A DNA stretch of 64,000 bases from Candidatus Moraniibacteriota bacterium (GTDB lineage Bacteria > Patescibacteriota > Minisyncoccia > Moranbacterales > GWC2-37-73). Shown in pieces: positions 32,064 through 42,560 of the stretch. A model generated the notes under the pieces. It was not told where the DNA came from, did no database searches, and saw nothing but the letters and a program-made list of their open reading frames with translations. The first letter of the stretch is position 1. Each line of letters begins with the position of its first letter. The position numbers and the translations under genes are program-made. The stretch covers positions 99,949-163,948 of the forward strand of contig JAAXUC010000001.1 in the NCBI GenBank assembly GCA_013336225.1. The letters are read 5' to 3'.

Positions 32064-32379
32064 CTGAAAGACATTTGAAAACATCGCGTATTATTAGTTG
32101 CAAATCAAGACTGAGATTCGGGAAGATAATCGAAGCTCAGTTTTGTGCAATTGTTTGAATAAAAAAAGCTACATTCTTAGAAAGTGAAAAATGTTTGTTT
32201 TTCGAATATTTTTATGTAAAAAATAGGATCAGCCAATTGGTTGATGCTGTTTTTTTGTTGTGCCTGCATTAATATTGCTCAGGCTTTACTTTCCATTGTT
32301 TTCCTGCTACCATTACCCGCAGTAGAAATTCGAAACATTTTAGATTGATAACGCTAAATACATAATACTTTCCCTCAAT

Positions 32380-35172
32380 ATGGCTTCAAAAAAAATAGCA
32401 TCATCCAATAACAATGAAATCGTAATCAAGGGTGCGCGCGTGAACAATCTTAAGAATATTGATGTGAACATCCCGCGAGATAAATTCGTGGTGATCACTG
32501 GACTTTCAGGCTCAGGAAAATCTTCTTTGGCATTCGATACTATTTACGCGGAAGGCAATCGTCGCTATATGGAGGGACTTTCTTCATACGCTCGCAACTT
32601 TTTGGATCCATCAGTGAAGCCTGACGTGGACAAAATTGAAAATCTTTCGCCGCCAATTTCAATTGATCAAAAAAGTATTTCACGTTCGCCGCGCTCAACG
32701 GTGGGAACATTAACGGAAGTTTATGACTATTTGCGCATCATGTATGCAAAAGTCGGAATTTTGCATTGTCCTGAGTGTGGGACTTCCATGCAAAAAAGAA
32801 GCAATCAAGAAATCTTGGATGAAATTTTGACTTTTTCTCATCACACTCAAATTGCAATCTTGGCAAAGCCGAAAGAAGCTGCGGTTGGCAAGGAGCTTTT
32901 AAAGCACATTGCACAAATGGGATATGCCCGCGTGCGTTTCAATGGAAAAATGTTCACCGTGGCAGAAGCCATGATGCTTGAAGAAAATGAAATTGAAACT
33001 GATGTTGAGATGGTTATTGACCGAGTTATTTTGGACAAGAAAAAACCTGATACAGAAAGAATGTTGGATAGTGTGGAAACTGCCATGAAAATCGGTGGAA
33101 ATTCAATGAAAATTTTGTTCGACAATGTGGAAGAGCGCGGATATAATCAGGATTTCTTTTGCAGTGAGTGTGGAGTGAAAATAAAAGAGGTGACGCCAAG
33201 ACACTTTTCTTTTAATAGTCCTGAAGGAGCATGTGATACTTGCGCTGGTTTGGGTTACACCTTGAAAGTAAATGAGGAATTGATCATCCCTAATAAAAAT
33301 CTCTCTTTAATGGAGGGTGCCATTCAACCCTGGAGCAAATCTGGCGGAAAAATAAACGGGCAAAGTGCCGCGCTTTTGACTTTGAAAAATGTGGCCAAGA
33401 AATATAAATTTTCCATGAATGTACCAGTAAAGAAATTCACTGCGGTGCAACTGGGAATTGTTTTGTATGGCAATGAGGGATTTGAAGGTGTGATTCCTGC
33501 TCTTGAGAAAAAATATCAAGAAACGAAATCTGATTATGTGCGCAGTGAAATTGAAAAATATATGACCGCGCATACTTGTCCGACTTGCGATGGCAAGCGT
33601 CTCAAAAAAGAATTCTTGGCAGTAGAAGTTCAGGGAAAAACAATTGACATGATGGTTTCAATGAGCGTCACGCATTTGCGAGAACTGTTTGAAGATGCTG
33701 AAAATTGGACACAAACTCAGCAAGAAAAAAGCATTGCCAAATCAATTGTGCGAGAAATTTTGCAACGCTTGGGTGCACTGGAAAATGTTGGTTTGGAATA
33801 TTTGAATTTGGGTCGCTCTGCTCAGACAATTTCTGGAGGAGAAGCGCAGCGCATTCGCTTGGCTGCACAACTCAATTCTCAATTGATGGGAATTGTCTAT
33901 GTTTTGGATGAGCCATCAATCGGGCTTCATAGTAGAGATACGGAAAAACTTATCAACACGATTAAGGCCCTGCAGGGCGTTGGAAATTCACTAATTGTGG
34001 TTGAGCATGATGAAAGCATCATCAGAGCTGCTGATTGGATTGTGGATATGGGTCCTGGTGCTGGAGAAGAAGGTGGAATTGTGGTTTTTGAAGGTGACTA
34101 CAAAAAATTAATGAAGTCTAAAAATCTTACCGCTCAGTATATTTCAAAAAAGAAAAAAGTTTCTGACAAGAAAAAAAATCGCACTGGCAGTGGAAAATTT
34201 ATTGAAATTATTGGAGCTGAAGAAAACAACTTGAAAAAAATCGACGTTTCAATTCCATTGGATAAATTTGTGGTTATTTGTGGTGTTTCAGGCAGTGGGA
34301 AATCAACATTAGTAAAGAATATTTTAGCTAAAGCACTATCTCGGCATTTTTATAATACCAAGGATTTGCCAGGCAAGCACACTAAAATCAAAGGATTTGA
34401 ACATGTTAAAAAAGTCATCAGCATCAATCAAAATCCAATCGGACGCACGCCGCGCTCAAATGCTGCAACATATACTGGAGTGTTTTCTCATATTCGCGAC
34501 TTGTTTGCCGGAGTGGAAGAAGCTAAGAATAGGAACTATACTGCCAGCCGCTTCAGTTTCAATATGAAAGGCGGACGCTGCGAAGTTTGTCAGGGAGAAG
34601 GATCAAAAAAAATTGAAATGCATTTGTTGCCTGACATGTATGTGAAATGCGAAGCTTGTGACGGAACCAGGTTTGGCAAGAAAACTTTAGAGATTGAATA
34701 TAAAGGATTTAATGTGGCACAGATTCTGGATATGGATGTGCGTTTGGCACTACGCTTTTTTGCTCGTCACCCACTCATTGCTGAAAAACTTAAGACCATG
34801 GAGGATGTGGGCTTGGGTTATCTCAAGCTTGGACAAAGTGCAACTAATCTTTCTGGTGGAGAGGCGCAGCGCATCAAACTGGCCACCGAGCTTGCACGCA
34901 AATCAACTGGAAACACTTTATATATTCTGGATGAACCAACGGCGGGGCTGCACTTTGATGATATCCGAAAATTGCTTTTAGTTTTAAATGCATTGGTTGA
35001 CAAGGGAAACACGGTGATTGTGGTTGAACACAATCTGGATGTGATTCGCGACGCTGATCATGTCATTGAGCTTGGGCCAGATGGCGGTGAGCTTGGAGGA
35101 CATCTGACTTTCGCTGGCACACCAGACCAATTGAAGAAGGATAAGAAGAGTTGGACGGCAAAATACCTCTAA
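32380..35172 (+). CDS. uvrA: Second excinuclease ABC subunit A paralogue
   Basis: Full UvrA architecture with intact Walker and signature motifs. Confidence 0.93.
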   Translation: MASKKIASSNNNEIVIKGARVNNLKNIDVNIPRDKFVVITGLSGSGKSSLAFDTIYAEGNRRYMEGLSSYARNFLDPSVKPDVDKIENLSPPISIDQKSISRSPRSTVGTLTEVYDYLRIMYAKVGILHCPECGTSMQKRSNQEILDEILTFSHHTQIAILAKPKEAAVGKELLKHIAQMGYARVRFNGKMFTVAEAMMLEENEIETDVEMVIDRVILDKKKPDTERMLDSVETAMKIGGNSMKILFDNVEERGYNQDFFCSECGVKIKEVTPRHFSFNSPEGACDTCAGLGYTLKVNEELIIPNKNLSLMEGAIQPWSKSGGKINGQSAALLTLKNVAKKYKFSMNVPVKKFTAVQLGIVLYGNEGFEGVIPALEKKYQETKSDYVRSEIEKYMTAHTCPTCDGKRLKKEFLAVEVQGKTIDMMVSMSVTHLRELFEDAENWTQTQQEKSIAKSIVREILQRLGALENVGLEYLNLGRSAQTISGGEAQRIRLAAQLNSQLMGIVYVLDEPSIGLHSRDTEKLINTIKALQGVGNSLIVVEHDESIIRAADWIVDMGPGAGEEGGIVVFEGDYKKLMKSKNLTAQYISKKKKVSDKKKNRTGSGKFIEIIGAEENNLKKIDVSIPLDKFVVICGVSGSGKSTLVKNILAKALSRHFYNTKDLPGKHTKIKGFEHVKKVISINQNPIGRTPRSNAATYTGVFSHIRDLFAGVEEAKNRNYTASRFSFNMKGGRCEVCQGEGSKKIEMHLLPDMYVKCEACDGTRFGKKTLEIEYKGFNVAQILDMDVRLALRFFARHPLIAEKLKTMEDVGLGYLKLGQSATNLSGGEAQRIKLATELARKSTGNTLYILDEPTAGLHFDDIRKLLLVLNALVDKGNTVIVVEHNLDVIRDADHVIELGPDGGELGGHLTFAGTPDQLKKDKKSWTAKYL

Positions 35173-35177
35173 AGAGA

Positions 35178-35293
35178 AATTTTGAATTATGAATTTCGAA
35201 TTTCGAATAAAATCTGAATGATTGAACGTTTAAATCATTAAAAATTGAGAAATTAGAAATTGGTTCAAAATTAAAAATTGGAAATTCAAAATT
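35178..35293. repeat. AT-rich inverted heptamer element, copy 2
   Basis: aattttgaattatgaatttcgaattt...aaattaaaaattggaaattcaaaatt. Confidence 0.75.
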
Positions 35294-35753
35294 AAAGAAA
35301 AAGAAGCATGATGGCTATTGCGGAAAATAATATGTCATTGGCTGCATTTCGCATTGTCCAGGCTCTCTCTGGTGACCCATCAGCAAAGCGACCATGCACG
35401 AATTGATGAAATTGATAGATTTTTTTGAGGAATTTGAAATTAAGCTTCCAATAGAGTACTGTTAATAGGTCAGGAAACATGGAAATGATGGTGCCAGTGA
35501 TCATGGAGATTGAAATTGCTGGAGATATATTTTTGGCATAAATGGCAAGAAGGATTATTGCTCCGCCAATAAAAAGATCCAGGGTTACTTTCCAGGTCGT
35601 ATCTTTGAATGTTGATTGCTTGTTTAAATATTCTCCATGGCGAAAAATGTCCAAAGTATAGTGCAGGGGAATTAAGATGAGAATTTGCATGGCGGGATTG
35701 GACACGTATTTTCCAAGAGCGGCTCCGACGAGAGCGTGAGTGGTAAGAATCAT
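35292..35753 (-). CDS. Membrane protein, putative metal-dependent hydrolase (YdjM-like)
   Basis: TH..G, HYTLD..H, PD and H..H motifs within TM helices. Confidence 0.6.
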   Translation of the reverse strand: MILTTHALVGAALGKYVSNPAMQILILIPLHYTLDIFRHGEYLNKQSTFKDTTWKVTLDLFIGGAIILLAIYAKNISPAISISMITGTIISMFPDLLTVLYWKLNFKFLKKIYQFHQFVHGRFADGSPERAWTMRNAANDILFSAIAIMLLFL

Positions 35754-35841
35754 ATTGTAAAAATTATTTATTTCTTATTAACGCATTAAAGGATTAACGC
35801 ATTTAAATTCGTTAATTCGTTAATTCGCTAATCCATTAATA

Positions 35842-36513
35842 ATGAATTCCGGAATTCTATACATAGTTGCCACGCCGATTGGAAATCTTGAAGACATCAC
35901 GCTTCGGGCTCTTCGAATTTTGAAGGAGGTTGATTTGGTGGCTTGCGAGGATACTCGCGTCACCAGAAAACTTCTGAATCATTATAACATAGAAACCAAG
36001 GCAATTGTCTATCATCAGCATACCAAAGACGATAAGATTCAGAAAATCATTGATGAAATTTTGGCTGGCAAAAATGTGGCAGTAGTCACTGATGCTGGCA
36101 CTCCTGGTGTTTCTGACCCGGGGAATATTTTGGTGGCTGAGGCAATCGTAAATAATATTATTGTGCTGCCAATTCCTGGCGCTTCTGCCTTGGCATCAAT
36201 TGTTAGTGTGGCTGGCATTGATATGCAGCAGTTCACATTTTTAGGTTTTCCTCCCCACAAAAAAGGACGAGAAACATATTTCAAAAAAGTGAGTGCCTGC
36301 GAAATTCCGGTGATCTATTATGAATCTCCACATCGCGTGATTAAGAATCTAGAAATGCTGGCAAATTTTTCAACTGGCAAGAAGATCATTCTTGGTCGCG
36401 AGCTGACCAAGATGTTTGAAGAGGTGGTGCGCGGCGACATTTCCGAGGTGTTGGAATATTTTGTCAAAAATCCTTCGAAAGTGAAGGGGGAGTTTGTGAT
36501 CGTGGCGTGTTGA
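35842..36513 (+). CDS. rsmI: 16S rRNA C1402 2'-O-methyltransferase
   Basis: LYIVATPIGNLEDIT, CEDTR, DAGTPGVSDPG, RELTKMFEE. Confidence 0.97.
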   Translation: MNSGILYIVATPIGNLEDITLRALRILKEVDLVACEDTRVTRKLLNHYNIETKAIVYHQHTKDDKIQKIIDEILAGKNVAVVTDAGTPGVSDPGNILVAEAIVNNIIVLPIPGASALASIVSVAGIDMQQFTFLGFPPHKKGRETYFKKVSACEIPVIYYESPHRVIKNLEMLANFSTGKKIILGRELTKMFEEVVRGDISEVLEYFVKNPSKVKGEFVIVAC

Positions 36514-36610
36514 TATGATGTGAACGAAAAAAAGAATTTCATGAAATTCTTTTTTTTGCTATTTGTGATATAATAATTAATATGAGTTGCTAATCTATTT
36601 TAAAATAAAT

Positions 36611-36982
36611 ATGGAACAAAAAAACAAAAAAATGTTGCTGCTCGTGGTTGTGCTGGTGATTTTATTGATCTCGGTGTTTGTCATTGCATTTATGATAATG
36701 AATGACAGAAAAAATCCAAAACAAGTTGAACAGACACAAAAACAAGAACAAGTCGTGGTTCAAACAGCTGATGAAAAAATGAAAAGTGATCTTGCCGAGC
36801 TTGAAAAACTTCGCAAGCAGCAAGAATCAACTCAATCCCAAACAGATGCTGACAAGGTTGTTGAAGATCAATTGAAACAATTGGAAGATCTTCGCAAGCA
36901 AGCAGCTCCTGTGCCAGTTGAAATCAATCAACCACAAGTTCAAGATCAGCTTAAACAATTGGAGGCATTGCGAGCTAAATAA
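36611..36982 (+). CDS. Membrane-anchored Gln-rich protein with three helical repeats
   Basis: N-terminal TM; repeats SDLAELEKLRKQ, DQLKQLEDLRKQ, DQLKQLEALRAK. Confidence 0.7.
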   Translation: MEQKNKKMLLLVVVLVILLISVFVIAFMIMNDRKNPKQVEQTQKQEQVVVQTADEKMKSDLAELEKLRKQQESTQSQTDADKVVEDQLKQLEDLRKQAAPVPVEINQPQVQDQLKQLEALRAK

Positions 36983-37007
36983 TATTTTTTAATAAAAATA
37001 AAAAACA

Positions 37008-37754
37008 ATGAAATCAACAAAAGTTTCCGCTCAAGGCGGATCCGCCTTGAGCGGAAAAGAAAAAATAAAAAAAATCACATATTGGGCGGGTGTTTCCGCA
37101 ATTGGAATTGTGGTGGGCTTTTCACTGCAATTCACCAAGGCCTGGACTGAACCAACTGCTCCTGCACCAGGTGGAAATGTGGGCGCACCGATAACCACAG
37201 GCCTTCTTGATCAAGTTAAGAATGGCGGCTTGGCAGTTTCCAATGGAATCGTGACTTCATTTTTAGGTGTGAATGGAAACGTCACATTTTCTGGGGTTGG
37301 AAATGGGATGGTGTTTCCAGATGGAACAAAGCAGACAACTGCTGCAGCAGCACAAGCTGGTGACAATTTGGGGAATCACACTGCAACTGCACCTCTTAAT
37401 ATGAACGGAAAATCAATCAATGGTGTTGATGTTGTTAGTGCTACAACTTTGAATGCAACTCAAATGACAATTAATTACAACGGTAAAATTTTGGCTTCAC
37501 AATTAGTCAATATTAATGGGAGTGAGGATGTTTATAGCACATCGGTGGAAATGAGCTGGGCACTTGGCAATACCACTTCTGATACTTGTAATGGAGATTT
37601 TACTACTAATTACGGATGTGCACTTTCTGATAATAAGACATGTATTGACACAAGCACAACGTATGTTCTTGTGAAAGGAGAGCCTTCTCCTAGATATTGG
37701 AGAAGAAACATTACTTGTAAGGTTGCAACGGCTCTTAATTTTGTTCAGCAATAA
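37008..37754 (+). CDS. Secreted fibre/adhesin-like protein, paralogue 1
   Basis: Signal/TM then AWTEP..APGGNVGAPI, FPDGTKQTTA, GDNLGNHTAT and a Cys-bonded C-terminal domain. Confidence 0.72.
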   Translation: MKSTKVSAQGGSALSGKEKIKKITYWAGVSAIGIVVGFSLQFTKAWTEPTAPAPGGNVGAPITTGLLDQVKNGGLAVSNGIVTSFLGVNGNVTFSGVGNGMVFPDGTKQTTAAAAQAGDNLGNHTATAPLNMNGKSINGVDVVSATTLNATQMTINYNGKILASQLVNINGSEDVYSTSVEMSWALGNTTSDTCNGDFTTNYGCALSDNKTCIDTSTTYVLVKGEPSPRYWRRNITCKVATALNFVQQ

Positions 37755-37767
37755 ATTTTAAATAGAT

Positions 37768-38268
37768 ATGAAAAAAATAAACTTAGTTATCATCGCTGCA
37801 ATTGTTTCAATCGTTTTTTTGATTCTGGTGTTTTTACTTGGAATGAAATATGGTACTCAGCAAATGCAGGGTCAGTTGGCAGTTATTTCAGGACAACAAC
37901 AATTGTGTTCTCAGGATAGGAGTGCGCAAAATGAGCCTGTCAACAATAGCATGGTGAGACTGTCTGTTGTTGGTGTTTCAAATGGTTATATTGAGGCTGA
38001 TGTTATTGTGAACAAGAATCCTGATCCCAGCAAGGCTGTGAAGTTGCGAATGAAAAATTCTGAGAATGATAGTGTTGAAAAAGTTTTTCTGGCTGAGGAG
38101 AACACTCCAGGAAATGAAGAACAGGGCGTTATAAACACGACCATGCGAAAAGTTTCATTTGGCGACATCGTTGCTGGCGATCTCATCTACATACCAAGAG
38201 TTGAATATAAAGTTGGAGTCTCAGAATTGATGGTCTCGAACATAATCATAGATAATATTTTCAAATGA
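37768..38268 (+). CDS. Membrane-anchored hypothetical protein (beta-rich extracellular domain)
   Basis: N-terminal TM; stop overlaps the next gene (ATGA). Confidence 0.65.
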   Translation: MKKINLVIIAAIVSIVFLILVFLLGMKYGTQQMQGQLAVISGQQQLCSQDRSAQNEPVNNSMVRLSVVGVSNGYIEADVIVNKNPDPSKAVKLRMKNSENDSVEKVFLAEENTPGNEEQGVINTTMRKVSFGDIVAGDLIYIPRVEYKVGVSELMVSNIIIDNIFK

Positions 38269-40001
38269 AAATATCGGAATTATCCATGATAAAGCGTTTT
38301 TCAAAACTGCACATAATATATTTCATTTCCTTTCTGACTGCTTTTTGCAGTTTGGTTTATGAATTGCAATATTCACAACTCCTTTCCGTGCTGTATGGAA
38401 ATTCCGTGCTCAGATATTCATTGACCATCGGAATATATCTTTTTTCTTTGGGGCTAGGTTCACTTTCTTTCCGTCTTTTTGCAGGGATTGAAAATGCAAA
38501 AACACTTTGGATTTCGCAAATGGCGCTTGCCATCATTGGCCCGATTGGAATTGTGGGAATTGTTTGGTTTGACGGCTTGTTGTTTGAGCTTTTTCAATTG
38601 AAAGCTCAAAGTTTTGCTCTTTTTGTGGCGCATGTCCCGATTGTTCTGACCGGCGTGCTGGCTGGAATTCAAATCCCACTGCTTTCTGTCATTGGAAATT
38701 CCATCAAAAAGCGAACTGACATGTTCGTGGAGGTTCTGGGTGTGGATTATTTTGGAAGCTTGGTTGGCGCAGTTTTATATGGACTATTTTTATATCCAAG
38801 AGTTGGGCTTATTAAGACTGCATTCTTGATTGGATTGATAAATGTTCTCCTGGCATTGTCTTGCGTTGTTTTTTTGAAAAATAGAAAAATATTTTACTTC
38901 GTGATAGTCTCATTGCTTGTTATTTTTTCGGTTTTGAATTTTAAAGGTGCTGAAATTGAAAAATCCATCATGCGTCTGTATTTAACTGTTTCAATTGAGA
39001 AGGAGTTTGCGATTAAAAACGAGCATTTATTGACAATGATGAAACAAGATGGAGTGGTAAATGCGTCGCTAAATATTCCAAGGGAAAAAATAGAGGTGGA
39101 TACGCATTTCAACACTTCATATCAAGAGGTCACTAAATATTTCATAGACAGGGGTGATGGAAGCAGTGATGAATGCTTGAAGCTTTCAAATCACACCAAT
39201 ATGTGCGACAGTTGGGCAAACATATATCACGAGGCACTGGTGAATGTTCCAGTGTCTTTTTTGAAAAGACAGGATGAGCCGTATGAAGTTCTGCTGTTAG
39301 GTGGCGGGAGTCTTTTGCCGGTAAGGAACTTGCTCAATTACAATGTCAATATTGACCAAGTTGATATTGATTCACAATTTGTTGATTATGCTAAAACTGA
39401 CCCATATTTTTCAAAATACCATCAAAATGCCTATTTGGATGCGCGTTGGCATATTTTTTATGAAGATGCGTACACATTTTTGAAACATAATCAAAAGAAG
39501 TATGATTTAGTGGTGATGACGCTGCCTGGCTTTGGAAGTGACAAATTGATTCACTTGGGATCTGTTGAATTCTTTGATTTTTTGAGCAGATCAATGACAG
39601 ATGATGGTCTGATGGTCACTTGGGAATATGGAAAAATTAATAAGGATGATTATCCGCAATATCAAAATTCCGAAGTTAATGACAAGCATTTGAAAGTTCT
39701 CTTTAAGGACATGCTGGAGGGTGGACTGAAATCATATACGATGTTCTATGCTTTTGGAAAACCAATGCAAATAGGCGGGTTGAAGATTGATGATGGTGCA
39801 GTTTCTCCATATGACACTTTTTATTTGTTTAGCAAGAGGTATGAAAATGTTCAGCCCGACTTTGATGCAAGTCAGTATATGCAAAAAAACAAAAAATATT
39901 ATGAAAACATGCAGTGGCACAGCTTGGAAGATCTTGATTTGTCTGAAGTGAGAGCCAGTCATATTTTTGCTCCAAATTATGATATTATGACCGCATTTTA
40001 A
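38265..40001 (+). CDS. Membrane-fused spermidine synthase-like (class I SAM-dependent) enzyme
   Basis: About 7 N-terminal TM helices (SLVYEL..YGNSV..TIG..LGLGS); YQEV, YHEALV, LLLGGG, VDID, EDAY.FL motifs. Confidence 0.8.
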   Translation: MKISELSMIKRFSKLHIIYFISFLTAFCSLVYELQYSQLLSVLYGNSVLRYSLTIGIYLFSLGLGSLSFRLFAGIENAKTLWISQMALAIIGPIGIVGIVWFDGLLFELFQLKAQSFALFVAHVPIVLTGVLAGIQIPLLSVIGNSIKKRTDMFVEVLGVDYFGSLVGAVLYGLFLYPRVGLIKTAFLIGLINVLLALSCVVFLKNRKIFYFVIVSLLVIFSVLNFKGAEIEKSIMRLYLTVSIEKEFAIKNEHLLTMMKQDGVVNASLNIPREKIEVDTHFNTSYQEVTKYFIDRGDGSSDECLKLSNHTNMCDSWANIYHEALVNVPVSFLKRQDEPYEVLLLGGGSLLPVRNLLNYNVNIDQVDIDSQFVDYAKTDPYFSKYHQNAYLDARWHIFYEDAYTFLKHNQKKYDLVVMTLPGFGSDKLIHLGSVEFFDFLSRSMTDDGLMVTWEYGKINKDDYPQYQNSEVNDKHLKVLFKDMLEGGLKSYTMFYAFGKPMQIGGLKIDDGAVSPYDTFYLFSKRYENVQPDFDASQYMQKNKKYYENMQWHSLEDLDLSEVRASHIFAPNYDIMTAF

Positions 40002-40018
40002 TTTTTTGTACAACTATG

Positions 40019-40107
40019 AAAAATGTTGTAAAATATTAGTAAGAATATTTCTCAGTTAAAAACTTGGTAATAAATAATAAATAATGAATCTTAAATCAAC
40101 CAACATG
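40019..40107 (+). repeat. Duplicated promoter/leader, copy 1
   Basis: About 64 bp with 5 mismatches to 41408-41471, plus shared aatcaaccaaYATG. Confidence 0.85.
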
Positions 40108-40671
40108 AAAACAAAACTAAAGGAAGCAATCTATTGGGTGGGGGTTTCCGCAATTGGAATCGTAATCGGCTTCTCACTGCAATTCACCAAAGCTTGGTCT
40201 GAGCCAACAACTTCTGCTCCAAATGGAAACGTGGGCGCACCAATTAACACCAGCATCATTGATCAAGTCAAAAGCGGAGGAATGGTGGTATCTAATGGAA
40301 TTGTAACTTCAGTTCTCGGAGCCACCAAGATAACGGCTGGCACTGGAGGAGTCGCTTTTCCAGACGGAACAGTTCAAACCACTGCTTCTGCCCCAAGTCT
40401 TGGTGTATGTAATAAATCATACGTAAATGGATCGGAGGATAAATATTCCTCATGGATCGGTGTACGTTTCTGGGCACCTACTTTTACATGGACAGGGACG
40501 CGTTTGGATACTTGCAATGGTGATGTTGGCAATGCATACACCTGTAGTTTGACGGAGACGCGAACATGCAATGATGTCCAAGGATTCACTTATTACAAAG
40601 ATTATTGGAGGAGTTATAATTATCGGACTGTTACATGCGTGAAGCAATATGTTTGCAGTTACACAGAGTGA
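40105..40671 (+). CDS. Secreted fibre/adhesin-like protein, paralogue 2
   Basis: N-terminus strongly similar to the 37008 gene; shares NGSED.YS, DTCNGD and TC.D motifs. Confidence 0.75.
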   Translation: MKTKLKEAIYWVGVSAIGIVIGFSLQFTKAWSEPTTSAPNGNVGAPINTSIIDQVKSGGMVVSNGIVTSVLGATKITAGTGGVAFPDGTVQTTASAPSLGVCNKSYVNGSEDKYSSWIGVRFWAPTFTWTGTRLDTCNGDVGNAYTCSLTETRTCNDVQGFTYYKDYWRSYNYRTVTCVKQYVCSYTE

Positions 40672-40720
40672 TCATTTCTTTTCACGCTAAATTATAATCA
40701 TCAGTAGTGAGAAACATATT

Positions 40721-41401
40721 ATGGAAAACAAAAATATGACACAAAAACAAATATTTATTTTCGGAGCCATTGTTGGCATGATTGGAACGATTATCATTAT
40801 TGGATTTGGGATATATACATATGTCATGCGTGGAGGCAATCAGGAGATTTCACAACAAAGAGAAGTTGTGAAAAGTGAAAATGAGGTTTCTGCTTCAAAA
40901 CAAGAAGAAAGTGACTATGCCAAATCTGATGAAGAACTTGCCTTGAATGTTGCACGCAAGAACGCATCCTTGATTAATGATGCATATCTCACTGCTAACA
41001 TGGCTCATTGCGATTCTTTTTCAGGCGAAGAGTCTTTAAAGCAAACATGCATCGATGGTGTCTTATTTGCGCAATCAGTCAAGGATGATTCCGTAGCTGT
41101 TTGTGAAAAAATTGCAAACATTGAAACTAGAAATGATTGCGAAGAATTTTTCTGGAATTCTGTGTCACAAAAAAAGGGAAAGAAGGAGCTTTGTTTGAAT
41201 ATTTCAACAGAAGAGGGAAGAGTTTTTTGCAATAATAATTTTCAGTTTAAAAAAGAATTTCTTCTCAATCCGGCATTGTTTGATTGTGCCGCCTTTTCTG
41301 ATGATCAGATGAAGTCTGATTGTGTTGCTTTTAAAGCAGATCAAAAAAATTGCGAACTTTTTGTATCAACAGTATTTAAAGAGCATTGCCTTTCTGAGTA
41401 A
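40721..41401 (+). CDS. Membrane-anchored Cys-repeat protein
   Basis: TM helix followed by repeated Cx9-11C helical units. Confidence 0.7.
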   Translation: MENKNMTQKQIFIFGAIVGMIGTIIIIGFGIYTYVMRGGNQEISQQREVVKSENEVSASKQEESDYAKSDEELALNVARKNASLINDAYLTANMAHCDSFSGEESLKQTCIDGVLFAQSVKDDSVAVCEKIANIETRNDCEEFFWNSVSQKKGKKELCLNISTEEGRVFCNNNFQFKKEFLLNPALFDCAAFSDDQMKSDCVAFKADQKNCELFVSTVFKEHCLSE

Positions 41402-41407
41402 ATGGAT

Positions 41408-41489
41408 AAAAATATTGTAAAATATTGGTAAGAATATTTCTCAGTTAAAAATTTAGAAATAAATAATAAATTTTCAATCAACCAATATG
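41408..41489 (+). repeat. Duplicated promoter/leader, copy 2
   Basis: Matches 40019-40107. Confidence 0.85.
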
Positions 41490-42506
41490 CAAACAAAAAA
41501 ACAAAATTTAATTAAATTTGGGGCGACAATTGTGGTTTTTTGTGCGGTTTTTGCTGCGGCAAGCGCCACCAGGGCTGGCATTGGCAGCAGTGTCACTGGT
41601 TGGCTCTGGGGCGGAAGTGATGATGGCGCTGGAAATTCAAGTGGCGTGGGCTGGATCAGTATGAATGACACCAACTTGGGAACAGGTGCAACATATGGTG
41701 TTAATGTTCCACTTACTGATGGTGATCTGGTTGGCTCTGGTTGGAGTGAGAATCTTGGATATCTTGCCTTTGACAATTCTGGTGGATATCTTAATGGATG
41801 TCCTGATGGAAACTGCATAGCCAAGCGCGTGGGTAGCTCCTTGCAAGGCTGGGCAAGATTTGTGGAAATTGCCCAGGCTAGCGCAGTTGGAAATTCAGGT
41901 GGATGGCTGGGTTGGATAAAATTGAGCGGTGTTGATCAAGGCGGTTCAGCTTATGGTGTGACGATTGAAAGCGATGGCAAATTAAATGGCAGTGCTTGGT
42001 CAGATGAGCTTGGTTGGATTAAATTTCAAGGTGTGACAACAGGCGCTACTCCCGCTGCCTATGGCGCTGTCATGCCAGCTTTGCCAAATGTTGCACTGAC
42101 TGCAATTCCTGGGATAATAAATGTTGATACTAATCCAAATTGGTCAACATCTGGCGTACCTATAGTTTTAACATGGAGCGGTGTGACCAATGCAACAACC
42201 TGCACAAAAAGTTGGGATGTTGCCAATCCAATTCCGGCAGCAAATGGAACAGAAACGGTTTCACAAAATACACAACTAGTGACCTATAGTATTACTTGCA
42301 CTGGTCCTGGTGGGTCAAAAACTGCAACAGCAATGCCTGTTTATTCTGCTTGTTATGCAAAAGAATGCGCTGTCGGCAAGTGTGTTCCATCAGGAACGCC
42401 TACTCCTGCAATGAGTTCTGCAACATGCACACCACTTAACACATGTTCAATTGACAATGATTGTAAGGCTAGAGAAGTTACTGATTGGAAAGAAGTGGCA
42501 CCTTGA
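41487..42506 (+). CDS. Secreted surface protein with GW-rich repeats and Cys-rich tail
   Basis: Signal peptide; GWLW, VGWISM, GWSENLGYL, GSAWSDELGWIKF repeats; ends WKEVAP. Confidence 0.75.
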   Translation: MQTKKQNLIKFGATIVVFCAVFAAASATRAGIGSSVTGWLWGGSDDGAGNSSGVGWISMNDTNLGTGATYGVNVPLTDGDLVGSGWSENLGYLAFDNSGGYLNGCPDGNCIAKRVGSSLQGWARFVEIAQASAVGNSGGWLGWIKLSGVDQGGSAYGVTIESDGKLNGSAWSDELGWIKFQGVTTGATPAAYGAVMPALPNVALTAIPGIINVDTNPNWSTSGVPIVLTWSGVTNATTCTKSWDVANPIPAANGTETVSQNTQLVTYSITCTGPGGSKTATAMPVYSACYAKECAVGKCVPSGTPTPAMSSATCTPLNTCSIDNDCKAREVTDWKEVAP

Positions 42507-42560
42507 TGAGTTTATAAAGTTAAAAAGTTTATCAAGTTCATAAAGTAATTTGATACATAG

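Noticed and set aside
32064..32379. SOS box upstream of the second uvrA (gaaacat / cgaatat repeats)
   Set aside because: Not found consistently upstream of recA, uvrB, uvrA or the lexA-like gene; compatible with AT-rich chance.
37008..40671. Diversity-generating retroelement TR/VR pair in the fibre paralogues
   Set aside because: Differences are largely synonymous and not adenine-specific, and no reverse transcriptase gene is in the window.
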